From positions 15,254,001-15,318,000 of the forward strand of contig CM119372.1 in assembly GCA_051294905.1 (NCBI GenBank): a stretch of DNA of 64,000 bases, read 5' to 3'. Position 1 is the first letter of the stretch. Every line of letters starts with the position of its first letter. Shown one piece after another: positions 38,201-49,254 of the stretch. Below the pieces are notes generated by a model. That model was not told the DNA's origin. It worked only from the letters and a program-made list of their open reading frames with translations, and ran no database searches. Position numbers and translations under genes: made by a program. The DNA is from Botryllus schlosseri. Lineage: Eukaryota.

Positions 38201-41200
38201 TCAATGTTATGCTAAAATAACCAGAAGCATGGAATCAATAGGACGAAATGATATCATCTTCCCTGTTTGCGCATTAAATCAAGTAGCTATACTTGCGTGA
38301 GGCTATTAACTGTGAAACAAAACGGCAACTTTGATCGAAAGTACGAATAACGCTGACTCATAATCTTATAATTAAAAAAAATAGGTATATAGCCTTGCTC
38401 TCCTGATACAGTTAATATCACAATCTGAACAAATAGAATTTACTACTTAAGGTAAAACATCTGAATATATGGGATATAAGGACATCTTCTAATCAAATCA
38501 GCATCTAGGAAAATTTCAACAGTACAAAGACATTGATGCTCATTTTCATATGAAGGGGAGAGAAAACAACAACGATGTACCTATAACCATAACATGAATA
38601 TTCACCCGCTTCCCTGACACCTCTTCTATACAAAAATAAATCCTAAATACTCAACGCTAATTCAATATCGACGCTAAATCTTGTCCGTAAAATTAAAATG
38701 AGCCTTCGGAAATGCGAGGCAGTCGGATTTAATGACGAATATTTCACACGGAGCATATTGCAATAAAAATACAATCTTGAAATCTATCTTTATCATATGA
38801 CCAATAATGCAAAGGTCACTACATTGATTTTTAGTAGTGTGCATACGTATGTGATCGATAGTTTTGAACACCAAAATTATGAAAGAACAAGCTAATATCA
38901 CGAATTTGGGAAGCCTATATGGAATATGGTTTGACTCTTGCTTCACCTGACCTATTGTCAGAAGTTGACGATCTTTCGTAAAGCAAGCGGCATCAATTAT
39001 GGCATTCATTTTGCGTTAATGAAGTATAAATGCTTGTGTTTTATGGTTGGGATGATTAAGTTTGCGTTGGATAGTATAATATACTGATATAAGCGTGAAA
39101 TATACCACGAAATAAAATCATGACTTGCTAAACACTCGCTCACTCATAATTTTGCCTGTGTCTAAAAAAGTACTGATGATCTCTGCTAAAGACGTTTGCA
39201 AATACAATCATTTGCGGCACATAATGACAGTAGGTCTGGAATTTTATGATTTATGGTATCAGCCTGCTGCCGACACCTTTTGCTATTATAGCTGTTCCTT
39301 ACATATAAACTGAAAATGGCATCTTCGCCGTCTGATTTTGGCATCTGATTCCGATAATCCTTTTGGGCATTGCTTGCAATGGCATAATATGACGCATTGC
39401 AGCGTATCGGTTGGGATCGCCACACTGGGGGATTCGATTTAGCCTGTGGCAAACTACTGGGTTCTATGCTAGGTTTATAGTTTTATAGGACAGATGCCAT
39501 GTCACCATGCAGTCGCAAGTGATCTCAAGCATCACGACTGTTACTAAGATTAATGCGTGCATTGCGGAAATAAAATGAATACGTTAATCCGTGATACTTA
39601 TATTCTTCGGCATTGCCGGTCATCGCAATGACTTGTGATTAGGGCTGGTCCATGTCAAGTATTTGAGTGATTCGATTCGGAATGGAGTATATATCAGGCT
39701 TCTGGTATAATCTGTGCATGTTCCCGCAAATAAGTTCATGATTATAACACACCGGACACTCAAACTTTGGCACACTGATATTAAAGGTCAATTGGTTTTT
39801 TTCACTTAGTCTAAAGTTCTAAAACATTAGCTGTGCTTTTGCGTATAGCTTGCTTCGTCGTGTCCTAATTTAGGCATTTTGGCACAATAATTCAACGCCA
39901 AGTATTTGCGACAACGAGGTCCGAGCCGCATAGACAACTCCCAGGGGTGTCAAACTCATATTACGTTGCGGGCCGGATAATTGTTGAACAATAACGACTT
40001 TGCGCAAGACGCCCTATCTAGAAAAAGTACTTGAAAGTTAGGAATGCGCTAGTCATATGTATGTGACGATTCCTACATCAAGGCGCAACTATTCTAGTTT
40101 GTGTACGTTGAAATTTGATGAGCTACGAATTTATTGATCCGCTTTAATGTGTGAAAGCTACGACTATCAAAGTCGTACCGTTCTCAAGCCTCCCTTATGT
40201 GCCAAGATGCTAACATAAATATAATGCGGTGGACTGTTCACAATTCAATAGCGTGGAAACGCCGGTGTGAGTTCGTGCCTTTCCAAAACGAGCCGCATTG
40301 TCACTGAGTTTCAAATGCATAAATCCGCGCTTCATGGATTGTAGCTATACAAAGTAAAAGGTCGTAAATTTAAGCTCTCAACTATAGGCACTGCAAATCT
40401 TATATTTCAGAGAATGCCTACACTGCCCCTCCAAATTGTTAAGGTAAGGAATTATAGTAACCGAAAAAATAGAGGTGACTTCTGTAGTCATGAGGCTGCC
40501 CATATGAGCCGTTAGTAAGAAGAATTGCCGTTGCGTAAGCAACAGATATAATCACCCTAAATAACTCTCAATAGAATTAAAAACAAAAATTCTTATATAC
40601 AATAGAAAAATACACACATCAGTTTTTGCGAAATTGATGTGTCGAATATTGAGTCCCAGGGTTCACGCTTTCGTTTCATGAGATCGATTGCGTCAACGCT
40701 AAATTAACAGAACGTGTTCGAACTTTATAATTGCCGATACTTACTATCGTGTCGAGTTAACAAAAATGCCGCCATTTTGTATTTCGAATTTGCGCATGGG
40801 TTAATGAATGAACAGTCGAATATGCTTTGTGGATTTGGCCGTTGTGTTGATAGCACTTTGTGCTTATCTGGAATTGTCGTATGCATGTTAGTAGTTAGCT
40901 ATACCATCAGGTTGCTTTACCGAAAATGGCGCCACCATTTTTCTATGTATGCGAACTTTTGCAGTGAGCTGAAGTATATGTAATATATGTGTGTATGCAT
41001 ATTGTATATCCATGCCATGTATGGTGCCCACATGAATTGTACATTCAATTGTAATATCCAATGACTACCAATGCAGACATCATGAATGTGTCCCCTAGTG
41101 TTGGCTAATTTCTGGCTCTACCAATGTAAAGCCACCAGCAGTCCAGCACTCTCGAAACACAGCCCAAAACGAAGCATCCAGTATCAGACTATATCCACAA

Positions 41201-41838
41201 AACAGTATATTGACGATTGATTGCGGGAGGTTCTAAAGTCTTTCGGCATTGAAGGGTGATGTTCGCATGTCCCCCTGGAAGCTCTTGACCTTATAATGAT
41301 TGGATCGGCTGCTTGCCACAGTTGCAAAGTATACAGAAATAAAGCAGTGCAATAAAATGGGATTGACTGCTAGCCGAAGTTGCAAAGTATACAGAAATGG
41401 AGAAGCCAAATGAAATGTGCTGGAATAGCTCCATGAAGTCGATGAACTAAAGATGAAAAGAGCCAAGAGTATAGAGATATTGCATTCGGAATCTCTGCCT
41501 ACGACGAACCCTCAACAAACGCCGCCTTCTGTTGGAATGCCCGATCCCCGAATCGACACGAAAGTACTTGATGATGTAAAGTACTCAACAAGGGGTCGGT
41601 TTCTGGACTGCTTTCGGTTCTATACCTGCAGCTGGAAGACTGGAGAACTCTTATAATACACGAGTCTGCAAGTTGGTCAACTTGAACTCTGAGTGTATTT
41701 TTTTGTAACATCTATTGGCATGTTTCTTGTATATTGCATATGCTTGTGTGTCGAGGCAGGAAAGGCCTTCACATTTATATGTGTAAACTAACCTTGGAGT
41801 ATTGAAAATGTTTATTAATCATGTATGATGATGTATAG

Positions 41839-43070
41839 CAGGGGTTCTCAACTTCGCTCGTATAACGGGCCGCATTGTAACAACAAAAGACGCCGCGGGC
41901 CGCATAACATTATCGCCACGTATTTGTGGGCTACTATTAAATTTAGGCTACTGTAGCCTATTTACCATTCTTATACGGAAATTTAGTACATTTTAATGCA
42001 TTCTAAAGCAATAATGGACAGCGTTCGTAAGTTTGCAGTTGCTGTTTTTTTTGTGACAATATCTATCTTTCAGCCGCGCAAGTAAATCCCTTCATGGAGC
42101 GTGCGCATAGCATTCGTTGCAAGTCGGTATATGCACCTTCAAACCTTTCCACCATATAGTCAAACCTCTGTTTCAATGCGTGAGCGAGCAAGTATAATAT
42201 TACGTTCACATTACGTTATTCGTTACAGAGGCCATTATCACTTTGAGCTCTCAGTGATACGAGAAGATGTCTGGTGTGCGGTCTCATTTCTGAGCAAACC
42301 AATCAACCCATCTCATTTTTCCATTACTGGACCCCAACACAGAGTTACAGAAGTCAGCTTTCTCCAGTTGATGTTTTTCACTGGTCCCATTCGCACGTTT
42401 GCCCCGTCAGCATTTACTCTGGAAATATGTCCATGTCCAATCTGATAAAACGCACCTGGATAATTAGCTATGCAATGTGTGTGAAGTCGGTGGATTCGTC
42501 CAACCCTAGAGGTTGAAGTAGTCTACGTGGCAACGTGTTTCAGAACACGCGATAAAACATCGACTGAGACTGCGCTGTTACTCTTCTGGTGACGATTGAA
42601 TCAGACAACTGTAGCTTCGAAATTTGTCAGGTGATGTTGTGTTGGCCTTGCTGCTAAGTTGCAGAAACAGCGAATATTCGCACAGTACGTTGGAAGTTTT
42701 ATAGCAGTCACACCTTCTCTCGCAGATTCTTGGGTTTAGCGATATTCTAAGAATTTTGAACAATGCGTCGGTAACGTCGTCGGCAATTTTAACAATGCCT
42801 CGAAATATGGATTGCTGGGCTTGACACCTAGCTAGCAACGTTTTACCTAAGATCAGGCGATATGTATAACTCCAGAAGAAACTATCGTGCTATCATTTTA
42901 AGCTTCTACGCTTCATTACAACAACTCTTCTTCGACAAATATGACACATCGGTCTTCCATAACAATACTGTGCCAGAAGCAATTGGGTTCATATTGGAAG
43001 ATGTCGCGGGCCGCAAAATAATCGTCGGCGGGCCGCATGCGGCCCGCGGGCCGCGGGTTGAGAACCCCTG
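41839..43070. mobile_element. hAT-type MITE
   Basis: TIR CAGGGGTTCTCAAC / GTTGAGAACCCCTG; 8-bp TSD ATGTATAG; GCGGGCCGC subterminal motifs. Confidence 0.9.
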
Positions 43071-43175
43071 ATGTATAGGTTAAACCGTGCTTTGTGTTAT
43101 AATTGATGAATGATGTGTATGCCAATTTAACCAAGCTTTGCATAGGGTTACCTCATTTCCGTCTGCATGATAATT

Positions 43176-43199
43176 ATTGGAGTATTTGGTTGTATTAAG
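43176..43199 (+). other. Complete 24-nt spliced-leader copy heading an LTR-type retroelement
   Basis: ATTGGAGTATTTGGTTGTATTAAG; not followed by GT, so it is not an SL RNA gene. Confidence 0.8.
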
Positions 43200-43467
43200 A
43201 TTTTAGATTACTTGTAAAGAGTTAGATTAGAGCTTTGGACCTAATGGTCATTGGCTGTTTGGAAACAAGACAATATTACGACTACGGAATACTTCAATCA
43301 ACATTTAAGACTGTGAAAAATCTCTAATCAACATCTACACATCTACGAACGTCGTCATTACTACACAAGAGAGCAAAGAGTGTCAACTTTTGTCCTACGA
43401 AGTATCCCGAACAAGTGTGGACTACTCGCATAACAATCGTTGTGGAGCTGCACTATAAAAACAAAAT

Positions 43468-43485
43468 TGGTGGCCAGTACGGGGA
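43468..43485 (+). promoter_or_regulatory. 18-nt primer binding site complementary to the tRNA-Ile(AAU) 3' end
   Basis: TGGTGGCCAGTACGGGGA is the reverse complement of TCCCCGTACTGGCCA-CCA; it follows ...AAACA and a 4-nt spacer. Confidence 0.85.
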
Positions 43486-43515
43486 AACTTCCGGTGTTCA
43501 GACGTTGACCAATCG

Positions 43516-43782
43516 ATGCTTTCTAAGACGACCATCGTAAAACTTGTACTTGTCGTATCCTTGCTTTCATCGTCTGTATCTCTCCTGATAATATTGGCAG
43601 CAATTTATCTGCACGTATCGCCTGGAGCGCTTTCTAATCTGTTGAACGTATTTTTGGGATCAAATAGCAGCGAACCCACTGCTTACGTCAAAACCACGAA
43701 TACGCCGCCAGGACCTACAGTCTTTTTCAACGCATCCTTGCCTGATTTAATATTTGTCAACAGTACTTCCTCTAGTCAATAG
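43516..43782 (+). CDS. 88-aa predicted membrane protein upstream of gag
   Basis: ATG-initiated; long hydrophobic N-terminal stretch followed by three N-x-S/T sequons; ends 8 nt before the gag ATG. Confidence 0.5.
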   Translation: MLSKTTIVKLVLVVSLLSSSVSLLIILAAIYLHVSPGALSNLLNVFLGSNSSEPTAYVKTTNTPPGPTVFFNASLPDLIFVNSTSSSQ

Positions 43783-43790
43783 AGAGTACT

Positions 43791-45620
43791 ATGCGAAGAA
43801 TATTGAAAGCATTTAAAAAGAAAAAGTCGTCAGAGGCAACAAAAGAACTCAAACAAGGGATTACCTTGCTTAAAGCGACACAAAAACGCCATGAAGATGC
43901 ACGGCGACAAGAAAGACAACTTGCTAAAGATGTGGCGGAACAAGCTGAACTTTTAAAGGAAGTAAAAACAGCTCTTCCGGAAACCATGAAAGGTTTAGAG
44001 AAGGCAAAGAAAGAGGTTCGAAAAGCTCAAGCGGACCTCAAAGCTGTTTGTGATGCCACAACAAAAGTTAGCGGGAACGTCTCCGCCGATGTGCTGAATG
44101 ACATTCTTACGTCAGAGTTTGAGCTCGGAAAGTCGCATGCACAGGTTACGCGAGATAGAACGCAACCTCCCATTTTGACGGTACTTCCAAATGCACCAGA
44201 ATATGATCCTCCGGCGTACGTTCTTGCTGCTGAGCGGCCAAGTGGGGACGTAAAACAAGGACCAACTATGACGGTTCGTAAGGGTTTAGATTGTCACACT
44301 GTAACGGCCGTCTATCCCACGTTCCCGAATTCCGTGCCCGTCGCATTATCCGACTCTTCTGAAGGATCAACGTCCTGTTTCCCTGTGGGTAGTGGTGCAC
44401 GCGCCAAACAAAAAAATGGAAACTTAGCAACGGTGGGAACAAGGCCGGAACCTGCAAAAAGTTCCTTGAGTAAATATAGTGGATATCAAGGATGGCAAGA
44501 ACGCCGCAATTCGGAGACAGAATCTCGTATAAATGCGGATGGCGCCTCCCGACGGGTAACCTTTCATAGTCCAGGGGAGGAACGATCTGATGCAGAAAAC
44601 AGTGAAGTTGATTTCAATACCCGACTAAAACGTGTTTCCAAAGAAATCAGAGATAATATAAGGTCCTTACGGGGCGGTGCAAGCTCTCAGGATTCCGCGG
44701 AAGAATCTCTCGATGAGGAACTTTCCGACATCTCTCGTTCTCCTGATACACCTCGCGCTACCTCCACTCCAAAAGAGTATGGGGGGAGGACTAGGCGACA
44801 ACAGCAACAACAACAGTTGCACCAATATCCAGGTGTAACAGTTCCAATGCTCAACGTACCCATTAAAATACAATCAGAAAAAGAAATGCTTCAGCTAATG
44901 GTGGATCCTGGAGACATGCCACTACTAAAGTGGATGGAAAATTCGATGCGACGAATACGTCACGGTCCCGGGAATACAGATGCTGATGTTATTTTGGCTA
45001 ATGCGATGCAGACGAAATTGAGGGCGGCTGGCAGACACAAGCATGCTACCCAACTGGGAAATTTTTTTAATACCAATTCGGGGGAAGCGGAATGGGAATC
45101 GGTGATGCGATCCCTTTCCTTATCCAATCCCCAGGGTTTGGTAAATGATGAGAAGATCATTGGGGATTTCCGCAGAAATTATCGCTGGGAGGATGAGCCG
45201 CTACCTCTGCTGAATAGCGCTTTGAAGCAACTAGAAATAGACATGGATAGTCTTATTGAGGATAATCCGGATGGATTGCGTCTTTTCCGAAATTTACGAC
45301 AACGACTACCAGAAGCACTCAGACTGATGTTACGAGGATGGGAAGAAGAGAAAACTTGGCGGGACGTTGCGGAGGAGCTACAACTCGTCTGGAACTCCGA
45401 GTTTCTGGATGAACAAGAGACGCGCCCTAGGAACCAGGAAACAAAGGAAGAGCGTGACACAAAGTCATCTTTACCGCCTGCACACTCGTCCCGAGGTAAT
45501 AGCCAAGTGGCTTGGACGGAACCTCAATACCCTGATCATCCACGTCGATATAATGCTTCATATTGGACGGATGATGAACTGAATCAAGGTATTCGACTCT
45601 CGATCGCTTGCGGGAGCTGA
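43791..45620 (+). CDS. gag: Gag-like protein (N-terminal coiled coil, PPxY late motif, helical capsid-like C-terminal region)
   Basis: 609-aa ORF between the PBS and the protease; PEYDPPAY; no CCHC knuckle seen. Confidence 0.65.
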   Translation: MRRILKAFKKKKSSEATKELKQGITLLKATQKRHEDARRQERQLAKDVAEQAELLKEVKTALPETMKGLEKAKKEVRKAQADLKAVCDATTKVSGNVSADVLNDILTSEFELGKSHAQVTRDRTQPPILTVLPNAPEYDPPAYVLAAERPSGDVKQGPTMTVRKGLDCHTVTAVYPTFPNSVPVALSDSSEGSTSCFPVGSGARAKQKNGNLATVGTRPEPAKSSLSKYSGYQGWQERRNSETESRINADGASRRVTFHSPGEERSDAENSEVDFNTRLKRVSKEIRDNIRSLRGGASSQDSAEESLDEELSDISRSPDTPRATSTPKEYGGRTRRQQQQQQLHQYPGVTVPMLNVPIKIQSEKEMLQLMVDPGDMPLLKWMENSMRRIRHGPGNTDADVILANAMQTKLRAAGRHKHATQLGNFFNTNSGEAEWESVMRSLSLSNPQGLVNDEKIIGDFRRNYRWEDEPLPLLNSALKQLEIDMDSLIEDNPDGLRLFRNLRQRLPEALRLMLRGWEEEKTWRDVAEELQLVWNSEFLDEQETRPRNQETKEERDTKSSLPPAHSSRGNSQVAWTEPQYPDHPRRYNASYWTDDELNQGIRLSIACGS

Positions 45621-45748
45621 TTGATCCGGTAAATCAGCTCCCAGATAATTTATTACCCCCAACATACAAAAACTGTACATAACTCTTCTTTACCCTTATT
45701 TACATTTCTTGATACGCCGGATGACCCATTACAGCCCGATTTACGGAA

Positions 45749-46045
45749 TTGTTCGGAGGCCAATTGTTGTATTTGATTGATACCATAACGGGTTCGAAAT
45801 TCCTAGCTGACACGGGAAGCATCCCCAATTTGATAATGAAAAGGTCGTTATTACTAAATACCCACAAAGCTGGGAGGAACGTCAACCAATAGACATGGAA
45901 TTGACAGGAATAGGTGGCTCGTCCCAAGTAGATTCCTTGGTAGAGATTAATTTTGATGGTCTGTCCGTTCCATTTGTGACCGGATTAGGAGTTCCACTTA
46001 ATATCATAGGGTTGAAATGGATTGAAAAAGTACAGCAATTACCAA
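45749..46045 (+). pseudogene. Retropepsin-type aspartic protease, frameshifted
   Basis: LYLIDTITGSKFLADTGS (DTG at 45809-45817), followed in the next frame by LTGIGG and NIIG. Confidence 0.75.
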
Positions 46046-46384
46046 GCATAGTAATTGGGTTGAAAACACCGTCTAATGCAATTGAAGATATGTCTTTAGT
46101 AACTCTACATGATGGGATCTCATGAGATCAACGGGACGGAACCAAAGTCGGAAGCAGTCCTCGCGACACTGTAACCGATGATGGGGTTGATGGAAGCTGC
46201 AAATCAAATAAGCGTCGAGCCGGCACGCTGGCCATCGCCGCTGGCTGTTGCCGCTGGCGCAAGTACCGAGATGGTAATCACCACTGGTGCGAACGACGAG
46301 TTGAAAATAGCAACTAACGTCACACAGAACCCATGGGAAACTATTGGTGTTGAGACAGGAATGCCTGCTAACACCGTTAATGAA

Positions 46385-46654
46385 GACGTCGAGCGTGGAA
46401 TCCCCGCTGGCGTAAATAAGGACCTGCACGAGAAAACTGGTCCCGAAGGCTCTTGCGGATGCACTTGTCCGGATAACTGTAAAGATCCGGCCCATAGATG
46501 CATGGCGACTGCCACAGCTGACATCGAACGAAGAATGTCCGCTGGCGAAAATAAAGACCTGCACGAGAAAACTGGTCCTAAATGCTTTCGTGGATGCACT
46601 TGTCCGAATTACCTTAATGAATCGGCCCATAGATGCATGACGACAGCCACAGTA
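46385..46654 (+). repeat. Two 135-bp in-frame repeats encoding a Cys/His-rich 45-aa unit
   Basis: NKDLHEKTGP...GCTCP...AHRCM occurs twice within ORF 46178-46906. Confidence 0.8.
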
Positions 46655-46949
46655 ATGAGTACTTTCCCAAAAGGTTCAAACGAAGCAGCGATTGCCGGTC
46701 AACCGGATATACACCCGGTCATGTCCGACAAGGAGTCTGGGGATTTTAGGATGCACGTCTCCCCAGAAAAAGGGTCCCCGGCGGAAAAGGAGTCCGTCGG
46801 CGTGACGGTAGGTGCGGGCACGCACCGACATCAGAGGCCTACATCGAAGGACCTCGCCCTCTCTCCACCAACAACAGAACCCCGTTCATCACGAGATTCC
46901 CATTAGCCAATGGCTGGCCAAGTTACCACAACAAGGGACCAGTCCAAGC

Positions 46950-47444
46950 GTTAAGACGGAACTCAAGAGTCTCATCATCGCCATGATCTTTGTAATGACT
47001 CAGTGGATGGATATCATCCCTGGGAAGGAATTTGCGGCGTCATTAAAAAGAAAATGGGGATGCAAATGAGAATTGAAGAAATCACGTACGTCATGAAAAG
47101 GTGCGACAGAGCAATAGTCTCGAAAAATGGATTGGCGGCCGCCCATGGACATACAAAGGGGACGCCTCCTCAATACTGTAAATATGAAGGTAACGAGATA
47201 TTGTACCCACATGACGACTGAAAACAATGCAAGACAGATAATGTCAGCAGGCATTGAACGAATGAACAGGAGATTCGTTCATTTGAGCAAAACGATAACG
47301 AAGAGAAGCAAAACAAGGAATGTGGTAATTTGTATGAAAGCAGCCGATATAAGGAATAAAGGGCTCGTGCTGCTGCAATCAAACGTACAAGAAGTGGTGT
47401 TGTGCGAAGGCCCTATACCACCCACGATCATACAAAAGATGTAA
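46950..47444 (+). pseudogene. kptA: Tpt1/KptA-family RNA 2'-phosphotransferase (ADP-ribosyltransferase fold) domain with about two frameshifts
   Basis: Joined frames give ELKSL..RH..DGY...AAAHGH...LY-HMT...IMSAGIERMNRRFVHLS...G...S...VVL...IPP, matching the LRH, DG(W/F), ANQGHS, LYHGT, MxRxHVHLS and VPP motifs in order. Confidence 0.8.
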
Positions 47445-49254
47445 AGCTGCTTTTGGCAGAGTGTAAATATGTGATATAATAAGGGTGAACGGACAAAAAT
47501 CCCTTTAATGGGAGCAAACGGACAAAACTGAAACGTCGTAACTAGAAAAAATGCTGAGTCAGCATTTTTCTATCTCGTGCGGAAAAACGAGAGAACAAGA
47601 AGAAAAAAGAATAAGTGATAGAATAAACAAGGAGATTGAATTAAATGATCATGGGGAAACATGATAGATGACGTCAATCATTCACACGAGTGAAGCGGGC
47701 ATATAGTTCACTAGTTCCCAATTTTCACTAGCTTGGTAATGAAACCGAAGTCTTCATTCGATATTTTGTTTGTGTCAAATACTTTGTAATAAACACATTT
47801 GAGTGGTTGAGCTTTACATCATCAAGCTGTCATCTGTAAATCGAGATCACATCCGACTTGTAACTGTATCGTTTACCTAACCGAGTTGTATGCACATTGC
47901 ACAGTTTCATATTTTTATCATTTAGTGATTGCTGAACATACCAAACGATACACATTCACTTCCGAAATACTGCGTTGATCTCAATTCCCTTTGTCGTGAT
48001 AACCGAAGTACATTTGTTTCGAATTCGTAACAGCCGACTTTTCTATGACACGATAAATTTTGACAAGTTATGCTTAGAAGATTGGTTGCATATCGCGAAA
48101 AATAACATACTGCTCATATTGATACTGTTAATCGGTATTTTCACGCGAGTCGATTTTCAAATGAGTAAAATTTATTACATGAGTTTCTCCGCTTAATGTA
48201 AATGAAAACTCAGTCGTCTTTTAACATCACAAAGACATTGATAAAAAGTAAGCAATCAAACACAACACTTTGTACGACACTGATTATTGTTCCACACATC
48301 TCATTTCATACTAAGTGTATACGAAAGATATTCATGTTACACGAAAATATTCGCTCATGCTACAAACCTGTACAATGATTGGTGGTGTAAGTCCAGCACA
48401 ATTGTGGTATCCATACGAGTTTAGTTAACACAATTTACGACACCGAGGTCGCCTCATCTTTCGTAAGACAACAAACCAAGGCTTCAGGATATGTCCATGT
48501 CATAACAATAAATCAGCTACTCCAACAACAGAGTACATATGTTTTCTAGCACGGTGCTTACATCTTACACACAAATCAACCTACTTTGCTAACGAAAAGT
48601 GCTGAGTCATCACATGGTTGTCCTCACAACAATACAACTAAAACATACTATCATACAAAATGGCCGTTATAGTTTGCACACCAACGATACATCGTACAAG
48701 TAGCAAGTCTCGAGAATCCAGTTATTCAAAAAACGTGAAAGTGTTTCTACACCAAGTCGGTATGTTGACGAAAGCATAAATTGTAATATCGTGATCGATT
48801 TACATTCGTTGGTCACAAAATGTCACTACTCTAAATAATTATTTTTCACTCAAAGCCTACTTGTCACCATTCGTTTCATCAAGCACGAGTTCAAGAAACC
48901 TGCTACGACATGAATTGTTATTTTTATGTTGTGTAAATAGGTAATAATTAATTTTAGTAACACTATATCAACATCATCGAGTTGCGCGAATAGATTTACA
49001 TGCGGTCTTGTGGTTTTAGTCGAAGTATACAGCACGGTCTAATGTAGAGTCATCTCTACTGTACAGCAACTCGGTAATCGAAATGCATTAAAATTTAAAC
49101 AACGATCTTGTTTCGTCGCACCAAAAATATGTTTACTATCGCGATACTCTGCACAGGCCGTGTAAATCCTTTTCACACTCGTAATAGTATACCAACAGCT
49201 ACCGGCGACAACGTTTAACAATACCAACAACACTAAACATACGATACCTACCCA

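Larger units (their letters stand above)
34067..47718. mobile_element. 13.65-kb non-autonomous DNA transposon with GG termini (Merlin-like) carrying cargo
   Basis: Imperfect 24-bp TIR GGTACTAGTGAAATAAGTACCCGG vs GGAACTAGTGAACTATATGCCCGC; 8-bp TSD CAATTTTC (34059-34066 and 47719-47726); the empty site occurs once in the right arm (54192-54199). Confidence 0.8.

Noticed and set aside
43176..43260. SL RNA gene
   Set aside because: The leader is followed by ATTTTAG, not the GT donor an SL RNA requires; the same holds for the other two copies
47660..47666. CATGATA as a TSD partner for the sequence just upstream of the SL at 43176
   Set aside because: Only a 7-bp match, offset from the SL junction, with no poly(A) before it
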